Source of the DNA: Tubulanus polymorphus
Taxonomy: Eukaryota; Animalia; Nemertea
NCBI RefSeq assembly: GCF_964204645.1
Contig: NC_134025.1
Location: 11,346,001-11,410,000, forward strand
Reading direction: 5' to 3'
Length of the DNA stretch: 64,000 nt
Part shown: in pieces, positions 29,766 through 43,819 of the stretch
How the letters are laid out: every line of letters starts with the position of its first letter
How positions within the stretch are numbered: position 1 is the stretch's first letter
Notes under the pieces: model-generated
Database searches by the model: none
What the model saw: the letters and a program-made list of their open reading frames with translations, nothing else
What the model was told of the DNA's origin: nothing
Program-made: the position numbers and the translations under genes

Positions 29766-30510
29766 GGGGCTGTTTTCGCAAGGAATTGGTTATCTGCCCG
29801 CGATTATTTCTATCTTCGAAATGTATTCATTTTTTTTCTTATACACATATATACATATTTGTATATGTTTTTATATATATATATACACGTGGCACAGCTG
29901 CAGGGTTTGTTATTATTTCGTTCACATGTTTGGGCATATAAACGTGTTTTCCGTTTTTCATCAAAACATCGCGAAGACGCGCGTATAGCGCGATAAACCG
30001 ATGAGCGATATTGAGGCATAATCGCGATTTTGACGCCTCATCCGTCGATCATTTTTATCACTTAATTAAAAATGTTATCGGTAATACGAAGACGGAATCG
30101 ATAAATTCGCCGAATAGAGGGTGACTTTCTAGGAAAAAGATACGCCTGTATGACCAGTATCAAAGATCAATAAAGACTATATGATAGTCTTTATAAATTT
30201 TTGCCGGTAATGTATCTCGCGTACATATGAATCGCTTGACCCCCAAAATTAGTTTAGCTAAATAGGAACAACAGCGGACATCGCAACCTTTATACTAATG
30301 CATATACTTTGTACTTTTGGTAGACGCGTACTTAACCTAATTATACATATTTTCCTAAAGAATTCAGATTTTTGTAAATGCGAATGAATCGACCTGCCCC
30401 TACCTGATATGCCTCTGTGATGAATTATATCGTTATGCGTGCGTTTGCAACTAGTTATGCAAAACAGTCACTCAAAAATGCTAATGAAGAAAACTTTCCA
30501 ACCCATGGAG

Positions 30511-30513
<3 letters not shown>

Positions 30514-30550
<37 letters not shown>

Positions 30551-30566
30551 CGAGATAGAGAGAGAG
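30514..30566. repeat. (GA)n microsatellite
   Basis: Imperfect GA tract. Confidence 0.9.
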
Positions 30567-33521
30567 CGGAAGATCTCTGACTAACCTACATTCATGTATT
30601 ACACGCAGAAGGAAGGTTGGTTGAACCATGGACGTATAAACTAGCTTATGTTAGTATGTCCACGGTTGAACGAACGGTACACCGATAGAAATTCGTTCAA
30701 TTCAAAATTCATGGTTCATAAAGATAGATATAATGATGACGTTCGAAAAGGAATCAGTTTATAAGAAAAACAACGGGGATTATGACCAGATTTTGTGATT
30801 TCTTGCAACAAGACAAACTACATTTTCTACAATGATATCAAACACAGCCAAAAGAAAACGCTCCCGACTATTCCAGTCTTTTATAGCAAAAGCATTTTTT
30901 TGTATTTATCGGTTTTTGATTGGAAGTACATATGAACTGTGAGACGGAAAAATTAAGTATCATATTTGTACTGCAGTAGAGCATTACAGTCAACAATATC
31001 TGTAAATAGGCTGTGTCATATTTTTCCCGCGTATATGTACGTGAAAATATGGGCTCATGTTTACTATATCAAGCTCTCACACATTCGGTTCTAAAATATA
31101 TACGAATATTTGGGCACCGACTGGGGTTTCAAATTGTGCATGAACATAACATTTTACAATAAACGTATGGGCCGAAAAAAATATGACCAGTCTATCGATT
31201 TCAAACGTTAAGGATGTCCTCATTCTCGTCCTTCCGATTAACTGCTGATATATTAACTGCTGTTATTTTTTTCTTCATTTTCCGTGAAAATGCCTCTAAG
31301 CCATAACGCATACAATATACGTATATGTGCTATTTCTATACGCTTTATGAAGCAGCCTCTGAAGAGGTGACTATTTTGGCTGATTGTTCGCGCGATCTTG
31401 CACATAAGTGGCAGAATATGCATGTGTACTTATATGAATCATAGTTGATGCTGTGCGTATGTGCGATAGCGCGGTGTCGCGGAGTAAATATGGCGGATTT
31501 TTTTGTGTCGCTCGGCGTGTTGTGTATATATCGGAACACTGGCATACAGATTTTGATGCAAACTACACCGAACCCCGATTAGAATGCCAACTAAGCGAGG
31601 GCAGCCTGTCGATGGTGGTGTGTGTGGTATTGTGTGTGCCATCGCACTTAGCGAAGCGTATCAATCTTGGCCGATACGAAACCGGATATCATCCGAACGA
31701 TCATCTAAAATTCAGGGAGAAAAACGTCGTTGCTAAAACGATCAATTTATCGAGTTGAAGTCGGAGCCTAATACCCCAAAGCCATCCATAATTTGGCGGT
31801 TGTGGTCGTGCTGTCGACGACGGAACAATCGACCGTGGGGAAAGCCTAGTAAATCCACGGTGTCCGGTTTCACGGCAATAATTGCGAGTCCCTGTAGTAT
31901 CCTACTGAGTGTAACCCGATGCCTACTCGGTTCGTTAATCTTACCGAACGTTGTTTATGTATTTCATATTACGCTGATTTCCCTAATTAAATACTTAATT
32001 GATCAATAGATTGGCTGCTGAAGTTTGTTAATATTTCAGTTTCTGACATTGTCCATGATATAGCGAACAACGATATAGACACATGTATAGACCGCCTAGA
32101 TAAAAGATGGCGACGACGCACACGCTTTCACAACCACAGTTATGAGTTTCAAATTTCTCTTAGAGTTTTTAGTTGCTGTAAATGAACTAAATATGACACT
32201 ATATAATGTAGAATCTAACTCACAATTGCGGACGCAGCCCTGAAGAGTTTTGGTAGAGAGGCTGCATGGTTCCATAATGTTAAAAACATCCTTATCATTT
32301 TTAAGATTGTAGATTAGATGTTTTAGAGAACCAAACTTATGTCATGGCAAACATTTGTATAACGCAATCAGTGAATGGCCGTTCGGCAGTGGACACCCAA
32401 CCCGTGTTTTTTGAACAGTTCACAAGTTTGAAGGTTGTTTAAATCACCAGTAAAATGAGAACAAATAGATGTAAAAAGTTTCTTTACTTATGTTATGTAA
32501 AACTGATGTGAAAAAGTGTACTTCATCATTCATTCTCTTAATCGAATTACTCGCACTCCTAAATTGCATATAATCACTTATGTCGCAGCGACCCTTCGAA
32601 AAAAGCCTCACATTCCCCCGGGCAATTCGATACCTCTTCGCCGTCGCTCGTACACTCCGTTTCCCTTTGTAGCCAATTGAACCTTGGCCCTTCGGGGCAC
32701 GGTAACAAGTTGGAGAACAACGACTCGCAACAAATGTCGACTTACTTCAAATATTTCATTATCACCGCGGAAAATAACTTTGTAGACAAGAATGAAATCT
32801 ACCCCAATCAAAAGGACCTGCGCATGACATATATGGCGTATATATAAAACAATAACTGTATACGTGCGAAAACAAATACGTGCGATATTCTGTATATGAT
32901 GAAAGTAGAGGTAATCTTCTTCAGCCGGATGGGCCCCATACCCTCGGAATCGTTCGAACCGTTTATGTACTAATTTTAGACTTGTGTTGTATTCATAAGA
33001 TCTGGTTTCAGCGTTGCATAGTTTTTCCACTTGGCTTACACTGACACTATTTTGCTTTTTCATTGTTTTCTTTATAAATGATTCAGACTTTGTGAAAATA
33101 TGTAATTCAGATATAAAGCTGTGTAGCTTTTATCTTCAACACGCATCTCATGAAAGGGGAGCGAATACAATATGTTTTATTCCACGCCCGGCTCCTTTTT
33201 TTCTATATTTTTTGGTTCACGCGGTGAAGGGCAAAAATTCTTCGCATATCCCTCTATTAGACCTACACAACGCAGACGTCAAAACATATCAAGGAAATCT
33301 AGTATACGGTGTCTATTTTTCTAATCATGCATATTTGAAATCACATCCGCACTACAGTGGACCAGCTAAGATTTAAAGTGGTGAAAATGTTGGTTATTGG
33401 GAGCGGATTAATACTTTTCACAAACATCCACATCGTACTGAGACCTATCAATGCCCACTCACTAAATTACACATCGCATTTTTTGTAAATCAAACATCTA
33501 CCCACGGACAAATCCAAAACA

Positions 33522-33526
33522 GATAC

Positions 33527-33558
<32 letters not shown>

Positions 33559-33565
33559 GTATACA
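33522..33565. repeat. (TA)n/(TACA) microsatellite
   Basis: Direct inspection. Confidence 0.85.
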
Positions 33566-34299
33566 GATTTATCCATACGCGCCGACCGACCACAACTACG
33601 TTCAGGTGAAGTTTTGATATGTTTATTTGCACGGTTTCGACGGACTGACGGATGACCAGACCACCAAGCATCATGGAAGCTTTTCTGAGGTTATATACGA
33701 ACAGATTAGCGAGATATAGTCAGATTCACCTGACTAATGCAAACATCAGTTTGTGTTCGTTGCAATAGTTTCCCGCTATCTCCGAACGGTTAGAATGTGG
33801 CAAGTCACATTTTGTTTGTTTTTAGACGGGCTCGATAGAAATAGAGAGTTGAAACACGTATAAATACATGAATATATATAAAGTACACTTAGAAGTGGAT
33901 ACCAAATGCGGATATTCGATACATGTCGACACACATTATGGATGGTTTCGAAAAATCAGAAGGGACTACAGGTCACTTAATTCATTCGAGTTGGGTGAAT
34001 TTCAATCGTCCTATATATTTAAATGCCGTCTACCATAACGATTTTTATTTAATCCCCTAAAATTCGTGAGAAACTATCAACATATTCTGTTCCACTCCAA
34101 CGAACTATAAGGTGGTCAATGAAACGTATTGGTAGTGTGGCAAATTTTGGATGGTTGCAGCGATGATGTACGTTGTGCGAAACTTGAAAGGATGCAATGG
34201 AAGATGTACGTCATGCACCTTGTAGTCGCTTTGGGTGTTCGAATTATTCAGTGGATGTATGTCGTAACCCCAAAATGATGTATAAAATGGAAAATCTTA

Positions 34300-34914
<615 letters not shown>

Positions 34915-34989
34915 TCACGTATCTGGAAAAACAAACCGACATGTGAGTTTGCACAAGCTCGTTAAATGTACCAGCGCCATCACCGGCGC

Positions 34990-35130
34990 GTTAAGCTGCG
35001 CTGATTGGCTGCGCCAGTTGACCTAGGCACTGTCGATATTCGCAAGTGCTTGTTCTAATTGTTTCCCTTGGCAACCACGTCACTCAATGAAACCTTATCC
35101 CATTGGAGGTGTCAATCTGCCATGGTAAGG
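34990..35130 (-). promoter_or_regulatory. Candidate Six1/2 proximal promoter
   Basis: CCAAT boxes on minus (35008-35004, 35106-35102), RFX X-box-like GTTTCCCTTGGCAAC (35061-35075), CACGTCA (35076-35082), Six/MEF3-like TGAAACCTTA (35088-35097), all ~100-230 nt upstream of the ATG. Confidence 0.5.
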
Positions 35131-35421
35131 ACTTCGGGCGAGTATTTGAATATATATCGCTTTTGAATACGTAAATCGGGATTACTTTAGAACCCCTTAA
35201 CACATTTATGTCGAATTAAGGAACACGAAAACATTGATAACAGGTGATTTTTACAAGATTAATCCAATAAACGACAATTTTTGGGAAATGGGTCTCGATC
35301 TATCCGTATACAATGACGCCATTTATATGCAATGATAGTTCTGCTGATCGCACTTTCGAGGCTCACTGCATGGCGCATCAGTAATTCGCGTACTCGTAAC
35401 CTGTTCATAATAATAGTAGTA

Positions 35422-35447
35422 CTAATAATAATAATAATAATAATAAT
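35422..35447. repeat. (TAA)n microsatellite
   Basis: Direct inspection. Confidence 0.85.
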
Positions 35448-38400
35448 GATATATGTTCATACATTTTGAAACAATAAGTACTTCATTATAACGTATTTGA
35501 TATCCCGTCAAATATTTCAGGGTATATAAACACACTAACGCTTCGAAAAAAGGAATCACCAGGGCCAAAAAATGGAACTATTTACGATCAAGCATTCGAC
35601 GACAACAAGTTATTCTGGTGGTGACACGAATGTCTCTTGAAACATACCGATTTTTAGATTGTTTGCGGTTTTGGTGACTTATATACATATATTGACATAT
35701 ACAACTTATGTTATGAGCAAAGTGTTATCAGTGCTCCACGATTATATTTGAAATTCATTAAAGACCGAATCAAAAATCGCGAAAATAATAGTTGTATCAT
35801 ATTTTGTTATGACGCAGGTAACTGAAATCTTTACGAAATGTAAATTAATTTATATGATAGAAAAAGGGTGAGTAAAATTTTTCAACGAATTCGGAGGTAG
35901 GCAATTATTTCTTTTCTTATATAATCCATGACGATGGCTTATATATACGAGGTCTTCGCGCACCGACTGTAATAATGCGTAAAACACGCTCGTCATTATG
36001 ATCATTAGAATCGCGTATACACACGAAATCATAACGTAAAGATAGAGAGAACTTAGACGGCTTGTTCTAAGAATGATCGCATTTGCTGTCACTTCCGAGG
36101 CGTTATTAACTTAGGTTTGTGCGGTATATTCCGCAACCCGGGCAGATTAACATCGCGATATCCGACACCTCCGTTGCAAATTGCGGCGACCGCAGTCAGG
36201 ATATCGAGCCCCACGCCGGTGGGAATAAACGTCGAGAAATGCTGCGCTCATCATCACTTTCTAATTATAATTCAGCGCATTTTCTTCTCACGACAGCCCG
36301 AGAAAATCGTCGCTTATCCAGTACATCAGTCCCACTACTTAGCTAGAAAAATATATGACGGAAATTGTTTTTGTCCAAGACACATTGTAATCAGTGCAAT
36401 CCGGGTAATCCAAACTAGCAAGCAATTTGCTTCATTGGGCACCCTCTAATATTATAACTCATTATATATTTTTCTATTTGAATGTACATATTAGTTGTAT
36501 TACTATTAAAGATATTTATGTGGTCAAGTTTTTCTTCATGATTTCAGCTTAATTTTTTCAATGATTTCCCCCTCTAAATTTTTTGATTAATAACTCTTGT
36601 TATGAGTGATTACGATTTGAAATATACAACTCGTCCTTATGATGGAAGATCGATCATAAATTTCTTTGCGAAAACCGACTAGGAAAAGATCCGGTCAAAC
36701 TGTCAGGATTTTTGTAAGTCGATTTAAAATTTCAGTGTACATACCCAATTACGAAAACGATTATGAAGTGGACATAAGTTTTTCAAACGAAATCTATCGC
36801 TACAATGTCCGCTGTACGCGTATTTTTACGTTGAAAACAATGTATCGGGTTAACCAATTCTCGAAAGATATCTGTAGGCCTATTTGACATTCTTACGATT
36901 GTCTAATTTTCTTATCAGAAAATGATGAATATGATCGAATCTTTTTTCACGAAATACGTCTTTTTTATTATGTCAAATACTTTCCTCGTAAACGAGAATA
37001 ATCAAAATATCTTATGAAGTCGGAGGCAAATTACATGGAAAAAAATGATACGATTCTGCGCAAGATATTTCAACATATTTCAAAAAACAAATGTTCCATT
37101 TTGAATGGCTGGTTCGAATTAACAAATTCATTAAGAATCACGAGCATGAACTGACAACACATTCGGATAGAACACGCAGATGTTGTGTTGTGTTCGTTAT
37201 ATTCATTAATTTTGTTTGCAGAGATATCCGAAACTAAAAGATTTTCACCAAAATCTGAGAAGCGTTCGCAAATAAACCTCGACGTGAAAATTCGTTATTG
37301 CATCCGATATGAAAAAAAATAGAAATCTACCTTGTACGCATTCATCTTTTCTCAATACATGATATTTATCGGTATTCCAAATATGATCAGATCCTCAAGA
37401 ATGATTATCAAATCGCCTATAGACATGCGACGGAAGGTGCTTACTGACTGATTGTTGTAATCATGGCGAATCGCAGCCGTTTTCTATAAATGATAATGTT
37501 TTTTAAAGCTATTATCAACCAAGAAGAATCGAAATTTGACGTACTCACCTTGATTTTCTACACTGGTGTTTTTTGATGCAGTTTCAAGATTGTAACTTCG
37601 ATGATAGGAATGCGAAATAACAATGTTTATTCGAGCTTTTATCTCGACGCCGGTGGCGACGCATATTGGAATTTGTCGCAACTACCAGCCAGCGGGTAAA
37701 GTGACGCGCCGACCAATGAGAAGAGAGACTATGCAATCGTCGATAATATTAGGGAACTGACCTATCGGAAAGTATCCCGTGTTTATTTGTGGTGACAGAC
37801 TAGATTCTAGGCATTCGGCTGATCGTTTTAATTTTGTTAAAAGTCAAAACTAAACAAACTATATAAATTACCTAGGTAAATGTTTTTGAATATTCAAAAC
37901 GATAAACAAATACTGACGATAGAACTAAAAAAAGGGCTTGAAAATCTTCAAAATTTAGGTCGAAATATTTTTCTTGTCGCATTTCAAAATTTTTTTTCTC
38001 GAATGATATTTATGTCATATTTGGAATATATGTATTTATTGCCAAAGTTATAAACTTTTATGACAAAAAATCGACATACAAGCATAAACGGCGGAAAACA
38101 ATATAACATAGAACAAACATTGATATGTGGATTACATGATAAGTTAAGGTTGCCTGAGTATATAAACTTTCTGAAGGAATTTCGAAAGGTTTGAAAGATC
38201 ATTGTTATTACGCATTAGAATAGAGAATTTCACTGTACTTGGGTTGTTCCGGTATCTCGAGTTGATATATTCCAACCTAAGGTTATCATAAAAGGAACAT
38301 ATCAAAACGATATGATATTCGTTTATGTATTTGTTTATTGTCAGTTGCTTTGTTCCTGTTGTAAATTGTATTCAATTTTGACGAAAATTGGCCGAAAAAT

Positions 38401-38930
38401 ATGTTGATAATCGCAAAATTAGAATCGAGTTCTTTCATATAAGTAAGTAACATTTTCAGGCCAACTAACGTTCCGTAGAATTTTGATACTTAACATGCCC
38501 AGTATTCGCAGTAAATTAAAGATGATTTGTTTATTTTTATTTTCAAAGTGATGCATTTAATGAATATATATCGTATTTTCGAACAATAGGCGATGCATCT
38601 TTTGGGTACTCTTAAGGATTTTCGAAACGTCGCTACATTTCATTCCCGGAAAAATGGAATTCAAAGCATTTTAGTAGGATGCAATGCTTTGTGAACAAGG
38701 CCGTGCATGACAAAAGCTACCGATTAGGGGAGTTCAAGAAAGCTCACAATTATAGATTAGAACGCATTTCAAGGTACAATGAAAATAAAACTAAATAAAT
38801 TCTATATGTAGTTTCTACGACCGTTCAGTTTGACCAAAAGTATTCATTTTGACCTTCATTTCTTTATTTCTTTTCCTTTAAAAACACATCGAAATGAATT
38901 GATGCGACAATTAGTTTGATCCTGTTTCCG

Positions 38931-39094
38931 GGCCGTACCTAGCATTTGAATTTTTTTTGGGGGGTGGGGGGCGGTGATAGAGAAACTCGAAAAAGGGCAG
39001 TTCTATGTAGGATATAACAATGATATTTTACAAAAAGGGCATTTTCCTAAAATTTCCGTGCGGGCAACTGCCCCCTGCGCCTGCTAAATTTGGC
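38931..39094. mobile_element. Degenerate MITE remnant
   Basis: GGCCGTACCTAGCA ... TGCTAAATTTGGCC imperfect inverted termini; G-runs and repeated AAAAGGGCA. Confidence 0.35.
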
Positions 39095-40492
39095 CATGTT
39101 CTATAGAATGGCGCAAATGAAATACAGACTCAAAAGAAAAACAGTGGCACTTCCAAACTCCTAATTATGTATAAATATGTATCAAAATGTGCTGCGGGTC
39201 ACTCATTTCATTTTACTATTCCCGTTTTTGTCCTCAATTCAACTGGTGTAACGTTCGAATAAAACTGAATGTTTAAAATTTTGTTGTAAAACCAGCTGTT
39301 CGTGAATTCATGTGTGTCCCTGGTGTTTTTTGATGTATCCGTCCTTGATTTTGCTGCTACATTAATCATCATTTTAGCCGTCTTGTTAGAATCATTTAAC
39401 GTTAGATAAAATGCCTAGTTGCAACAACGGGACCAGATGATTTTTTCATCGAGCGGAATGTAGAACTGTATCCTAAGAATTCAAATTAGAATTGTTTTTT
39501 TTTCCACAAGAAATGATATGACAAATTTTGATTTGTACAATTGTTTTATATGGCGAATATCACTAGTAGATTTACTTACTCAAATTCACCCGTAAAAAAC
39601 GTTTTGTAGCGCAACTAAACTAAACAGTATTAAAGAAATTCATTTAAAAAGGTTAAATTAGATTTGATTATAGTAACTATACCACCACACAAAATTCAAT
39701 ACGCAAAGACATAAATTACAAATTACAATTGAAGTAAACATAATATATATATACGCTTGTATCAGATCGTTAAGTTGGGTATGCTGGAGTATCTCTTTTT
39801 TTAGTCTATGACTCGCCAGAGAATCATGACGTTAAAGTATGAATAAACGTAGGTTAACCAGTCTTTGAGTCAATTAGAAAATATGGAATAGATTTTTGCA
39901 TACGAGACACGGTCCGACTAGAAATATTAGAAATTCAGGATATAACATCACTTTCAGGTTCCAACAAAAGGTGCTCTTATAACAATTCTAAATGATAAAA
40001 CGTTTACAAATTGTATTCGCACTGTTCCCGATATTTCATCTCGGTAAAAAAAGAAGGCCGTCATTTTTTCACCGTTTCAAGTACAATATTGTTTTCGATA
40101 TCTTATTCTTGTCACCAAAAACTCGAATTAACCCCTTGAAAACTTATTCCCAATAACTAATCAAGTGAAAACAAATTCTAGTGTTTATCATCGATATCGA
40201 TTGCGTTTTCTTTACAGATTATAATCGTTTCAGAAAATAGGGGAATTCCGTTCCTTAGAAAACGTAAACGCTAACCATTTCATCACACCTTAAAGATAAC
40301 AGCAATTTAGCTGACGATATCTAAACAGAAAATTGTGCCATTGTGTTTTCTTAATTTTCTAAATTGTGTTTTGGTTTTCTTAGAGGCTGAAAATTTTAAC
40401 TTACCTTCGCCCACGGTTGTTCTTTGGCGCAGTTGCGATGGGAACTTGTTCGCTGCTGTCCGTTTCTCGCCACTCGCTGACTACGTCACCAG

Positions 40493-40522
40493 CTCTCTCT
40501 CTCTCTCGCTCTCTCTCTCTCT
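40493..40522. repeat. (CT)n microsatellite
   Basis: Direct inspection. Confidence 0.85.
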
Positions 40523-42276
40523 ATCAACAACGATGGCGACGGATTGCGCCGAATTATATCGCATTCGCGTATACATTATTATAATATTATTATTATTTTT
40601 GGTCGATATAGGTTGAAGTTGCGAATGGGTGTGGTTTGCACGGGTACTTGAAAATGGAATGGCAGTCGACAATTGAAAACACAGCGTCGTTTTCTCATTA
40701 AATTAGCATTGTTAACGTCGTACGTCGTTATGACAAGGGTAATTATTTTGATCGTAATGAAAGTATTTCTTAGACTATCCCATACGCCAACGCCGAGTTC
40801 GGAGGCACAGGTAACCAGTCTCAAAAGCTGTTTACATTTTAAAAAAGTTATGCCGTATATCCTTTATGCGTGTTTTTATAATTTTATTGTTAATCAATTG
40901 AAAAATATTGAATTTGCAATACCCTCTAAATTCAAGGCCATCATGTCTGTAAGTTCTCTGTCCTTAAATCGTGCCAATTAATGTTTGCAACAATTGATTT
41001 TGAAAGCCCCAGGGTAGATTTTCACCACAGCCGTGTCTATTACGTAAGCGCTGATATGAGTTAACGGATATCTTTTTCTAAAGTTGACTTCTTCATTTCA
41101 CATGTTTTGCATCAACTTTTTTGATACGCGCACACGCATTTTCATAGCCGTATTCGTTTCTGTTTCTCATTTGCGGATGAGCGTCTCCTCCAGAGATTCG
41201 AATCGTTCATTATTGTATAACTCGGCGCGCTGCAATTTTGAAGGTGTATCCTTTTTCCCCGTCAACTCTCAAGACAGACGACGTTCGAATCTCTATTGCT
41301 CTGCAGCAGAGTCCGGGGTTCATTGAGTTCTGAAGTGATGGATACATTTGCACTTATTACGCCGCGTAGCCGATAATATTGTGTTTCGACTTATTGTTCT
41401 TACAGTTTGACAAGCGTTGCGGAAAGTAGGTTTTGTTTTTTGCGAGTGCCAGTCATCTTTTTAATGGTCTCGCGTATATGCATTTTAAATCGGTGAGAAT
41501 ATCAGTTTCCGGTATTGTGTACGGAAAGACTCCGCGCGGTTATGATACTGCTCGTGTGGAGAAGAAAAAGACGAATTCGAATCCAAAAACGACCTCCCCC
41601 GCCCCGATAAGAAAGATTAAATAAATAATTGAAAATCCATCAAAATAGCTCAAAATTAACTATCATTTCTTATACCTAATTGCACTATGCAATATGATAA
41701 AGATGATAAATGAATATGATGAATTAAGTCGTACTCCTTGTCGTGCATTCTATTGCTCTTTTCCCCTATCCCTATATTAAGCTACATGATCTTCCGCAGT
41801 CGGAGCGAGAATCTTTCAATTATTTTAAGTCGACGCGCGGAGATGCGCCAATATGCATCAGGTCACCAAATATCGTCCCCTGTCATATTTCTCCTCGACT
41901 GACATATTTTGCAATTATTGCTACTCGGCGAAAAGCCGTTAAATTACTCTTTTTCGCTACAGTTCGGGATAAGTCACTTGAAAATATACCCATTGACTTC
42001 ATTCCCTGGACGACATCGACTGGTTACATTTCCTTGCGGAACGGATCGTCGCACTTGAAACCTTTTAAAATGTCATTTTTTGAATTCTTCGACAGGCGCA
42101 GCCCCGTATCAATTTCACCGGAAGTTATGCTGCGGTGAAATTATTTAATTAACTGACTGATGACTCAATCTAAGCCAACTCGTTATTTCAGACATGGATT
42201 ACTAAACATTCGCGAATGCCCACGATTTTCCAGGTCAAAAGTATGCCTATTATTCGCGAATTATTTCCCAATTAAA

Positions 42277-42621
42277 CAGCGGCGGATCCAGGGGGTGCAC
42301 AGGGGGCACGTGCACCCCCCCTTAAGTCCTAGCTAATTTTTTATGGACTGACCTTTTCGTGAGAACGAAGCTAACATGTGAAAAATCCCTGGAAATGCGT
42401 AAACTTTATGTCGACGTTTACAATTACCAGCGCCTTTTTACGACAGTCCTACATCGTTTATGAAAGTTGTGAAAATCACTATTCAAATTGCGAGTTAAAT
42501 CGTACTCTGATCGTCCCCAGAACGCGTCTCCGCTCGTCTAATTTTAAAAAATCTTTCTGCTCCCCCAGACCCCCTATTTGGATTTGTGCACCCCCTCCAT
42601 GGAATCCTGGATCCGCCGCTG
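42277..42621. mobile_element. 345-bp non-autonomous DNA transposon (MITE), 16-bp TIR, 5-bp TSD
   Basis: CAGCGGCGGATCCAGG (42277-42292) / CCTGGATCCGCCGCTG (42606-42621); TTAAA directly flanks both ends. Confidence 0.85.
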
Positions 42622-43779
42622 TTAAATACGCCATTTCTATACTTCCTAAAGCTGGCTTCATACTAAAAACGCGCGATAATGTCTTGAGATGAATTTTGGG
42701 GGTATCGATCCTTGCTTTCGATGGAATTTCCAAATCGATAGTTCCGAGTTGAATCTTTGGGTCTAAAAGAAATAAACTTATCTCATCAACTTCAAAACTT
42801 TAACTTATATACATCTTCAAAACTGGGCCCTTTTAACCGGACTCACCTTCACTTTTTAAAATCTCTACCACTTTTGACAAATTGAAAAAGAAATAATGCT
42901 TAGTTGTTGACGAAACTGAGATTCATAATTAAGTCATTGAGTATCTGTGATTTCATATAGATCGTTTTTCAAATAGAAAGTACTACGTTTTTGGGGTATG
43001 AGGTGATAGACATGGTGGAGTTTTGGACCACTACAATTCTTTTTTGGTGTATTCAATACTCTAAAGGCTAGTTCACGCACCCAGACACATACACGAAAAG
43101 GGACGCTTTTCTGGCTTGTTTCGGCAAACCTCAACGTGTTTGTGGCGCACAAGGTTTCATGTTATTTCACCAGATTCTGCCCATCACCTCTTTTTCCTGA
43201 CTCTAAAAAATATCTGTCCAATACCGCACTAAAGGCCCGTATCTCAATTGTCATTCACATTGGTCACTTGTCCACTGGATTCAGAACGTTCAATTATTAT
43301 GTTCTACTGCGATTAAATAATCTCTCGACGACTAGACTGGTCATCAAAGTATATGTTGATTTATAACCCATTGTTTGTATATAACCCATATGGATTCTAG
43401 GCCAAATAAATCATGATTATATCATTATTGATTTTGAAGGATTTGAAAAATGGCTCTGTGCCATATGATTGTTTCACAAATGTTGGATATCTTCGAAACT
43501 TCCGAAATCTGATTTAGGCCCATATTTTTTATGAGTATTGACAGTGGAGTTTATTTCAATTTATTTCAATTATCTCCTGCTCTCCGTCGAATTCTGATGA
43601 ATACTAAATAACGTCAAATTTGGACTGCCAATAAAGTGGAGCTGTGTTTATGGTACAATAATGAAATATGAAAATAAAACTACAAAATAGAATCAAGGGT
43701 GGGTTAGAAAGTGTAACAGCCATCTCATACCGTCAATGGCACACTCAAATTCTCATAGACATTTCCTGACAAGCAAAGA

Positions 43780-43819
43780 CCAGTTCCACAGTTCTTGGTG
43801 TAGTTAACTATGGAACTGG
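43780..43819. mobile_element. Internally deleted copy of the CCAGTTCCACAGTT hairpin MITE
   Basis: CCAGTTCCACAGTT-12 nt-AACTATGGAACTGG. Confidence 0.55.

Noticed and set aside
32929-32960. GGGCCCCATACCC resembling a mitochondrial tRNA-Met anticodon arm
   Set aside because: No acceptor stem or D-arm and no other mitochondrial sequence nearby.
32608-33376. 151-aa and 120-aa ORFs in the Six1/2 intron
   Set aside because: No domain-like pattern, AT-rich composition, and lengths compatible with chance.
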